IMG/VR virus record: IMGVR_UViG_2974518066_000001
Span: 32,001-96,000 of that record
DNA from: a virus
Taxonomy: Duplodnaviria; Caudoviricetes
Reading direction: 5' to 3' (one strand)
DNA length: 64,000 nucleotides
The position numbers and the translations under genes were made by a program. Under the pieces are notes generated by a model that saw only the letters and a list, made by a program, of their open reading frames with translations, ran no database searches and was not told the DNA's origin. Within the stretch, counting starts at the first letter, position 1. The number at the start of each line of letters is the position of its first letter. Of this stretch, positions 32,630 through 39,447 are shown in pieces.

Positions 32630-33554
32630 AACGACTCCTTGATGTCAGTTTGACTAACTATCAGTTCTTGCATTGTCAAGCGAAAATGGCTATAAGGGTT
32701 ATCGATGGTAACCCAAGAAGCTATGGACGATTTCGACGAGGCTGACTGCCTCTGTCAGGGCAAGGCGATCCCCAAGGAAAAGTGGATCGATTTCATGCAG
32801 CGCGTCTTCGACGAGAAGACCCAGCTCTGGAAGTGGAAGACCGTCCTCCGCTACCACAAGGACTGCCCGATCCATGGCATCCACATCAAGGATGATGAAT
32901 GCCCCGAGGCCTGAGCCCCCTGCAGTGCAATGATATTGAGCGTTCCGGCACCATCCCGCCGGAATGCTCCTTCATGAACCCCACGCTTCACTTTTGTGAC
33001 AAATGGCGTGGGGCTTTGATCGACGAGACGGACCCGGAGTTCGACCGGTGCCGTTGCAACGGAGTAAAGCGTGCCTCAACTGACCCGATCTGATATTGCT
33101 CACATGGTGGTGAGCGATGATACCCCGTTCGAGCGGGATGGTATCTCGAACCTCGACCGCACCGCTTTCGTCTGCGAGGCGTTCCAGCGTCCCTACCTCT
33201 CGATGCAGCAGGACCTTCCCTATGAGGAAGCGCTGCAGTGCCACGACGAGACCTTGGTGCAGGCGTCCATCTATATGGCACACCTCCAGCACCAATACAC
33301 CGCTATCGCGACGGCGGATGGCCACTATGAGGAGGATGTCGGGAATTTTCGGTGTGCTCGGCTCCAGCTCGCAGCGATGAAGCTCCAGTGGCATCTCGAT
33401 CATCTGCGGCGGAATGAGTTCACTCCTTCCTTTCCTTTCGTTCACTGACCCAAAAGCGCCCGGTTAACTACCGGGCGTTTCTTCTGGTTCGTGTTGACTC
33501 CACTTTCTGGTTTCCTTACAGTTCACTTACCGAATCACGAACTGGAGACGAACC

Positions 33555-34133
33555 ATGACCATCAAGCGCGCCAAGACGCTCGACACTGACCAGCTCAATG
33601 GCCTGTTGGCTTACGTAGAAGCGAACTCGCGTATGCCGGAACGCGACCGCCTGTTCGTCCTCCTTTCCTATAAGGCAGGGCTACGCGCCGCTGAGATCAC
33701 GAAGATCGACATCAACGCGATGACTGACGCCGAGGGCCGCATCGCCAAGGTCGTCAACATCTTCTCGAACGTTGGCAAGAAGGGGCGCGAGCGGCAGATT
33801 CCTATGCACCCCGAAATCCGTGACGCGCTCAAGGCTTTCCGGAAAAAATACCCGCACCTTAACTATATCGCGGTGTCGTCCGTGGATGGTCAGCGCATGA
33901 ACGTCAACGCGGTGACGGTCTATATCTGGCGCCTTTACAAGGCGGCAGGATATGAGGATTGCTCCAGTCACTCGGGGCGTCGCACCTTCATCACCAACCT
34001 TGCCCAGCGGGCTAACCAGTTCCACTCCTCGCTTCGTGACGTTCAGCTCCTAGCTGGGCACGCCCGGCTCGACACCACCGAACGCTACATCGCGCCTTCC
34101 TTCGATACTGCTTCGATGGTTGCTTCTTTGTAG
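33555..34133 (+). CDS. small tyrosine recombinase (catalytic domain only)
   Basis: GLRAAE, HSGRR, LAGH, TTERY; upstream TTGACT-17-TACAGT promoter. Confidence 0.9.
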   Translation: MTIKRAKTLDTDQLNGLLAYVEANSRMPERDRLFVLLSYKAGLRAAEITKIDINAMTDAEGRIAKVVNIFSNVGKKGRERQIPMHPEIRDALKAFRKKYPHLNYIAVSSVDGQRMNVNAVTVYIWRLYKAAGYEDCSSHSGRRTFITNLAQRANQFHSSLRDVQLLAGHARLDTTERYIAPSFDTASMVASL

Positions 34134-34209
34134 CCCCATTACGAACCCGTCTTGACCTCCTAAAGGGAACGGAATAGCTCTCCGTCATCACCGAAGAAGG
34201 AGACGAGAA

Positions 34210-34578
34210 GTGGCAAATGATTCTGCACCGAAGAGAGCTAAGCCGAGGGCGGGCGCCAAGACCGCCCCGGCTGCGCCCAGCTTCACCAAGGATCAGGTCG
34301 TGATCGAGGATATGGAAGCGCCCAACCGAGGTGCTGCGGTCCTTGCCGAAGAGATTTGGCCATTCGGTCTTCTCAAGCCCTCGGTCATTGGCGAAAACGG
34401 GAAGCTGACAGGGCCGTCTTTCTTCATTCCGGATGTGGACGTTGGTGAGAAGGCGCTGTCGTCGGCGCGGAAGCGCTACAAGGTCGATAAGATCAAGTTC
34501 ACCTCGCGCAAGATGGTGGGGAAGGGGCCTGACGGGGTTGAGTGCGAAGGCCTTCGCATCTGGCGGATGCCGGATTGA
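34210..34578 (+). CDS. hypothetical protein
   Basis: AAGGAG RBS with GTG start. Confidence 0.6.
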   Translation: MANDSAPKRAKPRAGAKTAPAAPSFTKDQVVIEDMEAPNRGAAVLAEEIWPFGLLKPSVIGENGKLTGPSFFIPDVDVGEKALSSARKRYKVDKIKFTSRKMVGKGPDGVECEGLRIWRMPD

Positions 34579-34609
34579 TAACTTTTTCATGAGCAATGTC
34601 GATTTTAAG

Positions 34610-34638
34610 TTGACATTCGTGAAAAACATCTCTATTAG
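34610..34638 (+). promoter_or_regulatory. sigma70-type promoter of tRNA cluster A
   Basis: TTGACA-17-TATTAG. Confidence 0.65.
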
Positions 34639-34917
34639 CACAAACACCGGCGAGGGGAACCTTGTCGGTGTTTCTGTCTCCACGGTTTTCCGAGGGGCAG
34701 GGAGGGCCGTTGAACGGGCCGAGGAGTAAGCGCCGAGCTTGGGCGCTGAAAGCCAGTCCCGGATACGGTTTCGCAGTTGTAGTCCGAGCATAGCTTCGAG
34801 CTGGTGACAGAAGGATGGGCGCTGGATTAAGCACCCAGCGTTTCCGGAATTACCACGAGAAGAACTAGCCCGCTGCGAAGGTAAGCTGACCTGTCACGCG
34901 GTAAGTCGTGGTTTCAT

Positions 34918-34995
34918 CTGGGTGTAGCGCAGTCCGGTTAGCGTGTGCGGTTCGGAGCCGTGAGGTCGTAGGTTCAAATCCTACCATCCAGACCA
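34918..34995 (+). tRNA. tRNA-Pro(CGG)
   Basis: cloverleaf; loop TTCGGAG; CCA. Confidence 0.9.
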
Positions 34996-35003
34996 TTTTC
35001 AGT

Positions 35004-35081
35004 GCCAGTGTAGCTCAGCCCGGTAGAGCAGGAGGCCCATACCCTCTTTGTCGGTGGTTCAAATCCACCCGTCTGGCACCA
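35004..35081 (+). tRNA. tRNA-Met/Ile2(CAT), atypical
   Basis: loop CCCATAC; bulged acceptor stem; CCA. Confidence 0.75.
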
Positions 35082-35088
35082 GTTCTTA

Positions 35089-35227
35089 GAGGTAACGCCG
35101 GTTCGAGCCCGGCTCGCCCGCCCAGCTGGTGATCGTCTAGTTTCGTAGGACGCCTCGCAAGGGAAACGTCGGTTCAAATCCGGCCCGCCCGTAGTTTAGG
35201 GTGGTCGTCTAGTGGTTAGGACGCCCT
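35089..35227 (+). ncRNA. two tandem circularly permuted tRNA-like modules (YrlA/Y-RNA-like)
   Basis: each unit: variable loop, T arm, loop-closed acceptor, D arm; closing stems GAGG/CCTC and AGGG/CCCT. Confidence 0.65.
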
Positions 35228-35269
35228 GTAATTCGGTCCAGGTATCCGTCAAATCGGATGGACCAGCGG

Positions 35270-35344
35270 TGGGGATTAGCTCAGCGGTAGAGCAGCCGTT
35301 TTACATGCGGCCGGTCGGCGGTTCGATCCCGTCATCCCTAACCA
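35270..35344 (+). tRNA. tRNA-Val(TAC)
   Basis: cloverleaf; CCA. Confidence 0.9.
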
Positions 35345-35346
35345 AC

Positions 35347-35421
35347 GCCTCGTTAGCTCAGCGGTAGAGCGCTGCTATGACATGGCAGATGACGGTGGTT
35401 CAAACCCATCACGAGGCACCA
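35347..35421 (+). tRNA. tRNA-Val(GAC)
   Basis: cloverleaf; CCA. Confidence 0.9.
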
Positions 35422-35693
35422 TTTTGAGACCCGAGGTAAAGGGATGTGAGGCGTGCAAGAGCCACGCGCTTTAGAAGCCCTGATCCTTGCGACGGTAGGC
35501 TCACGTCGCACCAGTTAGACCAAATCCGTGGCGGATGCTGCGGCCACCCGCGAGAGTGCGGTAACACCGGAAGGCCAGAGGGCGGTGGCGGTTAGTTATT
35601 CGAGGTTGGGCCTGTCGGACGCGGCAGGTAGGAGATCGCATAGCCCGGCTGTTAACCGGCGGTCCTATACGGACGTGTGAAGCTCCACCCAGC

Positions 35694-35768
35694 GGGGATG
35701 TAGCTCAGAGGTAGAGCACCCGTTTTGCAAGCGGAAGCGCGTCGGTTCGACTCCGACCATCTCCACCA
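35694..35768 (+). tRNA. tRNA-Ala(TGC)
   Basis: G3:U70 pair; cloverleaf; CCA. Confidence 0.92.
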
Positions 35769-35902
35769 GTTTAGGACGGCGAGTGGCCCGGTATTGGTCC
35801 GGGCATCAAATGGACTGCGGAGCGGGGAACTATCGCCTATCCCGCCCGGTCATGCGAGGACAAAATGGAGCGTGGCGCTCCTACTCGCAACGCCACACCT
35901 GT

Positions 35903-35984
35903 TTGGTAGTGACAGAGTGGTAATGTGCCCGGCTGTTAACCGGTGACCCGAAAGGCGGTGGTTCGATCCCACCCTACCGAACCA
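35903..35984 (+). tRNA. tRNA-Asn(GTT) with long variable arm
   Basis: loop CTGTTAA; extra arm; CCA. Confidence 0.8.
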
Positions 35985-35985
35985 T

Positions 35986-36062
35986 AGCGGTGTAGCTCAG
36001 CCCGGTAGAGCAACCGACCGATAATCGGTGTGTCGCAGGTTCAAATCCTGCCATCGCTACCA
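35986..36062 (+). tRNA. tRNA-Ile(GAT)
   Basis: loop CCGATAA; CCA. Confidence 0.9.
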
Positions 36063-36084
36063 GTTTCTCGAAAGGACCCGACCC

Positions 36085-36591
36085 TTGAAGAAGATGTTCG
36101 TGATGGCGGCTGCGGTAGCCTCAATGCTCGTTGCTGCCTGCGATCGACAGCCTTCTGCTGCCGAGCGCTGCATGGAGGCCAAGAACCCGCAGGAATGCTA
36201 TCAGGTGGCAAACGCTGGTGGCGACATCAACGATTACCTGATCGGTGGCCTCGGCGGTTACATGCTGGCGAAGGTCATGAGCGGCGGGCGGCAGCAGACC
36301 GTCATCGTGCAGAACCCGAATTATCATGGGCCGCGCCGATACGTCCCCAGCTACGCTTCCAGCCGTCAGCGCGTCCTCAACGGACAGGTCAAGACGGTCA
36401 GCACCACGACCACGAAGCGCGGCCTGTTCGGGTCGAAGACCACCACCACGACCAAGACTTTCGGCTCCAAGCCTGCCAGCTCGTGGGGCTCTTCCTACTC
36501 GAAGCCATCCAAGTCTTGGGGCTCGTCGTCCCGGTCCTTCTCTTCTTCGCGGTCGTCCTTCTCGTCGCGATCTTCGTTCCGGCGCCGCTGA
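36085..36591 (+). CDS. lipoprotein with Ser/Arg/Thr-rich tail, inside the tRNA array
   Basis: AAAGGA RBS; TTG start; lipobox LVAAC. Confidence 0.75.
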   Translation: MKKMFVMAAAVASMLVAACDRQPSAAERCMEAKNPQECYQVANAGGDINDYLIGGLGGYMLAKVMSGGRQQTVIVQNPNYHGPRRYVPSYASSRQRVLNGQVKTVSTTTTKRGLFGSKTTTTTKTFGSKPASSWGSSYSKPSKSWGSSSRSFSSSRSSFSSRSSFRRR

Positions 36592-36626
36592 CAATCTAGG
36601 GTTGGTGAATTATTTCACTAACCCTA

Positions 36627-36655
36627 TTGACAGTTAAAGTAACTTCCGTTACACT
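36627..36655 (+). promoter_or_regulatory. promoter of tRNA cluster B
   Basis: TTGACA-17-TACACT with GTTAAAGTAAC palindrome in the spacer. Confidence 0.8.
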
Positions 36656-36709
36656 CTCCGCATCATGAGCCAATCGGCTCTCATCAGTTTCAGAGAAAAG
36701 CTCACCACC

Positions 36710-36769
36710 ATGTTCACCCGGTTTGGAAAACGAGATCGCCGAGAAGGCGAACGAGGTTTTAGCCTCTAA
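36710..36769 (+). CDS. putative attenuator leader peptide of cluster B, MFTRFGKRDRREGERGFSL (in-frame upstream ATG at 36665)
   Basis: 15 of 18 non-Met codons are F/R/G/K/D/E, the cluster B amino acids. Confidence 0.75.
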   Translation: MFTRFGKRDRREGERGFSL

Positions 36770-36806
36770 CCGGTAGTGTGCCTTTTGCTGCCGGTGCTGT
36801 TTTAGC

Positions 36807-36882
36807 GGATCGGTAGCTCAGTAGGTAGAGCAGGGGATTCTTACTCCCAAGGTGGACGGTTCAAGCCCGTCTCGATCCTCCA
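36807..36882 (+). tRNA. tRNA-Lys(CTT)
   Basis: cloverleaf; CCA. Confidence 0.9.
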
Positions 36883-36902
36883 AGACAGCATCGGAAGTTT
36901 TA

Positions 36903-36939
36903 GACACCCTACCGGACACCCGGTGGGGTGTTTTCGTTT
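36903..36939 (+). terminator. intrinsic terminator (attenuator) after the first tRNA of cluster B
   Basis: GACACCCTACCGG/CCGGTGGGGTGTT stem plus TTTCGTTT. Confidence 0.8.
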
Positions 36940-36954
36940 GCGCTTCTCGGCTTC

Positions 36955-37030
36955 GGGCCGGTAGCTCAGTAGGCAGAGCAGGGGGCTTTTAACCTCAAGG
37001 TGGTCGGTTCAAGCCCGACCCGGCTCACCA
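36955..37030 (+). tRNA. tRNA-Lys(TTT)
   Basis: cloverleaf; CCA. Confidence 0.9.
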
Positions 37031-37038
37031 GTTTCAAT

Positions 37039-37113
37039 GCAGGCGTCGTTCAGACGGTAGGACACCTCCTTGCCATGGAGGAGACGCGGGTTCGAGACCC
37101 GCCGCCCGCTCCA
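37039..37113 (+). tRNA. tRNA-Gly(GCC)
   Basis: cloverleaf; U73; CCA. Confidence 0.9.
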
Positions 37114-37125
37114 TCATTCACCTTT

Positions 37126-37202
37126 GGTTCTGTAGCTTAGCTGGTGAAAGCGCCGGGTTGTCAACTCGGAGATCGCGGGTTCAAGTCCCGTCAGAACCGC
37201 CA
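37126..37202 (+). tRNA. tRNA-Asp(GTC)
   Basis: cloverleaf; G73; CCA. Confidence 0.92.
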
Positions 37203-37203
37203 T

Positions 37204-37278
37204 GGGGCGTTCGTCTAGCGGACAGGACGCTGGCTTCTCAAGCCGGAAGCAGGGGTTCGATTCCCCTACGCCTCACCA
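37204..37278 (+). tRNA. tRNA-Glu(CTC)
   Basis: cloverleaf; CCA. Confidence 0.92.
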
Positions 37279-37286
37279 GTTCACAT

Positions 37287-37362
37287 AGCGCCATCGTCTA
37301 GCGAGCAGGACACGTTGGCTTTCACCCTTCGGACGCGGGTTTGAATCCCGTTGGCGCTGCCA
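37287..37362 (+). tRNA. tRNA-Glu(TTC), atypical anticodon stem
   Basis: loop CTTTCAC; stem CGTTGG/CCTTCG with two U.U mismatches; CCA. Confidence 0.7.
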
Positions 37363-37388
37363 GTGAACAGTTATGAAGAGAGTTTCGA

Positions 37389-37463
37389 GCGACATTAGCT
37401 CAGCGGTAGAGCGGCGGTTTTCCAGTCCGCGCGTCAGGAGTTCGATCCTCCTATGTCGCTCCA
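37389..37463 (+). tRNA. tRNA-Gly(TCC)
   Basis: cloverleaf; CCA. Confidence 0.88.
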
Positions 37464-37472
37464 AATTCTCTT

Positions 37473-37548
37473 GGCCCGGAAGCACAACTGGACGTGCGCT
37501 CCGCTACGAACGGAAAGGTTGTGGGTTCGAGTCCCACGCGGGCCTCCA
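37473..37548 (+). tRNA. tRNA-Arg(ACG)
   Basis: loop CTACGAA; CCA. Confidence 0.88.
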
Positions 37549-37553
37549 TTTTC

Positions 37554-37628
37554 GGTGAGGTAGCTCAGAGGTAGAGCGCCGGTTTGAAAAGCCGGGCGTC
37601 GGTGGTTCGATCCCGCCTCTCACCACCA
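37554..37628 (+). tRNA. tRNA-Phe(GAA)
   Basis: cloverleaf; CCA. Confidence 0.9.
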
Positions 37629-37635
37629 GAGGTTT

Positions 37636-37992
37636 ATGCAAGACGAAATCGAACGAAAGCGACGAAACAGCGCGGCCCACTATGCGAGAAATCGGGAGGC
37701 CGTAAAGGCTAAGTCGAGGGCAGCAAAGCCTCTACGCCGAGCTGCCTGTCACCAGTTCGTCCTAGAGTATTTGCTTAATCACCCTTGTGTCGATTGCGGC
37801 GAGGACGATCCGATCGTTTTGGAGTTCGACCATCAACGAGACAAGAGCTTCGCGATTTCTGATGGAGCCCGAGCCGGGTATAGCCTCAAAAAGCTAGAGG
37901 CAGAGATCGCAAAGTGTGAGGTTCGCTGTGCCAACTGCCACAGACGGAAAACCTACCGGGAGCGCGGATTGGAAAATCGCACCATCCATTAA
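37636..37992 (+). CDS. HNH endonuclease in the tRNA array
   Basis: CVDCGEDDPIVLEFDH...KCEVRCANCHRRKT. Confidence 0.88.
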   Translation: MQDEIERKRRNSAAHYARNREAVKAKSRAAKPLRRAACHQFVLEYLLNHPCVDCGEDDPIVLEFDHQRDKSFAISDGARAGYSLKKLEAEIAKCEVRCANCHRRKTYRERGLENRTIH

Positions 37993-38000
37993 AATAGTTA

Positions 38001-38029
38001 TTGACACTAACCTATAGTTCGGTTATCAT
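38001..38029 (+). promoter_or_regulatory. promoter of tRNA cluster C; predicted start site at or next to the leader ATG (leaderless)
   Basis: TTGACA-17-TATCAT; ATG 8 nt after the -10 box. Confidence 0.8.
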
Positions 38030-38036
38030 TCGCACC

Positions 38037-38105
38037 ATGTTCACACAGACCACCTTGCTTACGCAGTGCCATTATTGGCAACTGCTATCGAGTTCATCCC
38101 TCTAA
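38037..38105 (+). CDS. putative attenuator leader peptide of cluster C, MFTQTTLLTQCHYWQLLSSSSL
   Basis: 20 of 21 non-Met codons are T/Q/L/C/H/Y/W/S, the cluster C amino acids. Confidence 0.8.
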   Translation: MFTQTTLLTQCHYWQLLSSSSL

Positions 38106-38139
38106 GGGAGTGGTTCTGACGCGCCACTCCCCGACCTAC

Positions 38140-38228
38140 GGAGGGTGGCTGCAAGAGGTGCGTAACCGGTCTCGAAAACCGGGCTGGGGTTAGGAGCCCT
38201 ACGGGTTCGATCCCTGCACCCTCCGCCA
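38140..38228 (+). tRNA. tRNA-Ser(CGA)
   Basis: long variable arm; G73; CCA. Confidence 0.85.
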
Positions 38229-38235
38229 AGTTTTT

Positions 38236-38276
38236 AAGCGTCTGCGACCACTCGGTCTCAGGCGCTTTTTCGTTTT
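38236..38276 (+). terminator. intrinsic terminator (attenuator) after the first tRNA of cluster C
   Basis: AAGCGTCTG-C-GACC/GGTC-T-CAGGCGCTT stem plus TTTCGTTTT. Confidence 0.8.
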
Positions 38277-38292
38277 GGAGATTTTGATTTTC

Positions 38293-38376
38293 GGGAGGGC
38301 TGGGCACGAGTGAGCCCACACGCCTGTAAAGCGGACGCGAAAGCTGTGAGGGTGCAAATTCCCTCACCTCCCACCA
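38293..38376 (+). tRNA. tRNA-Tyr(GTA)
   Basis: loop CTGTAAA; variable arm; atypical T loop; CCA. Confidence 0.8.
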
Positions 38377-38381
38377 TTATT

Positions 38382-38466
38382 GGCCCGCTGGTGAAATGTA
38401 GACGCACTCGCCTCAGAAGCGAGCGACCGAGAGGTCATCCCGGTTCAAATCCGGGGCGGGCCACCA
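38382..38466 (+). tRNA. tRNA-Leu(CAG)
   Basis: class II cloverleaf; CCA. Confidence 0.9.
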
Positions 38467-38471
38467 TGATC

Positions 38472-38556
38472 GGGGATGTGGTGAAATAGGTAAACGCAGC
38501 GGGTCGAGAGCCCGCCGCCTGATGGCTTGAGGGTTCAAGTCCCTCCATCCCCACCA
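38472..38556 (+). tRNA. tRNA-Leu(GAG)
   Basis: class II cloverleaf; loop TCGAGAG; CCA. Confidence 0.88.
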
Positions 38557-38587
38557 TGATTATCACGCATCTCAGATGCGCCAGAAT

Positions 38588-38661
38588 GCCCGGTTAGCTC
38601 AATGGTAGAGCTACGCCGTCGTAACGCGAGGACGAGGGTTCGATTCCCTCACCGGGCTCCA
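38588..38661 (+). tRNA. tRNA-Thr(CGT)
   Basis: loop GTCGTAA; weak anticodon stem; CCA. Confidence 0.8.
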
Positions 38662-38675
38662 TGCAGGTCTCAGGT

Positions 38676-38751
38676 GTGACCGAGGCAGAGTTGGATCATG
38701 TGCCGGGTCGTGATCCCGGATACGGCGGGTTCGAGCCCCGCCGGTCACCCC
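38676..38751 (+). tRNA. tRNA-His(GTG)
   Basis: loop TCGTGAT; C73; ends CCT rather than CCA. Confidence 0.8.
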
Positions 38752-38769
38752 TAAGCCCTGCAAGGCTAT

Positions 38770-38843
38770 TTCCCGTTCGTTCAATGGTAGGACGCCCGGC
38801 TCTGAACCGGGAGATCGAGGTTCGAGTCCTTGACGGGGAACCA
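38770..38843 (+). tRNA. tRNA-Gln(CTG)
   Basis: cloverleaf; CCA. Confidence 0.9.
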
Positions 38844-38858
38844 GATTTATCCGCACAC

Positions 38859-38945
38859 GGAGAGTTGCCAGAGCGGTAATGGGCTGGCTTGCTAAGCCAA
38901 GACAACCTCACGGTTGCGAGGGTTCGATCCCCTCACTCTCCTCCA
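38859..38945 (+). tRNA. tRNA-Ser(GCT)
   Basis: class II cloverleaf; CCA. Confidence 0.88.
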
Positions 38946-38953
38946 TCATCACT

Positions 38954-39027
38954 GCCGCCTTGGCCGAGTGGCAAGGCTCCGGATTGCAACCCCGGCATCT
39001 CCCGTTCGATCCGGGAAGGCGGCTCCA
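38954..39027 (+). tRNA. tRNA-Cys(GCA)
   Basis: U73; CCA. Confidence 0.9.
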
Positions 39028-39031
39028 TCAT

Positions 39032-39107
39032 ATCTCCAAAGCATTAAGGGGCGATGCACCGGTCTCCAAAACCGGCAAGCTGGGTTCGAGTCCTAGTGGA
39101 GGTGCCA
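39032..39107 (+). tRNA. tRNA-Trp(CCA)
   Basis: loop CTCCAAA; G73; CCA. Confidence 0.88.
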
Positions 39108-39272
39108 TATTGCAAAGTCGGGCGTGATGCCCTACATCCACTCCCGGCTCTCGTCCCTCTTCTCGTGGAGGTTCCGAAAGCCGGTCATGTTAGAAGCGGA
39201 ACTCGATCTCGATCGTGAGCCACTTCGTGATGAACCGGAGGATGAGACGGCACATCTCACTTCCTCCAATTC

Positions 39273-39302
39273 GCCGCCGGGTTAATTCCCGGCGGCTTTT
39301 TT
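39273..39302 (+). terminator. intrinsic terminator ending the tRNA array
   Basis: GCCGCCGGG/CCCGGCGGC plus T6. Confidence 0.85.
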
Positions 39303-39447
39303 GTGCTAATTCGCCTAGAATGATTCGGCAAGGGCGTATCTTCTGGTCATTGACTTTTTCGGCATTTTGCTCTATGATCCGGCGTTCTGCATCCGTCTTC
39401 GAGGGTGCGTCTCCTCCACATCGTTATCACCCTCACGAGGACCCATC

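Noticed and set aside
34700-34910. Group I intron, RNase P or SRP RNA
   Set aside because: Only a TAGTCC-like fragment; the other conserved core motifs could not be found.
34640-34917. Third codon-matched leader peptide (P/M/V/A/N/I) for cluster A
   Set aside because: No start codon near the predicted start site and no ORF with that composition found by eye.
35235-35265. Minihelix-like hairpin ending in CCA
   Set aside because: Too short to distinguish from an ordinary spacer hairpin.
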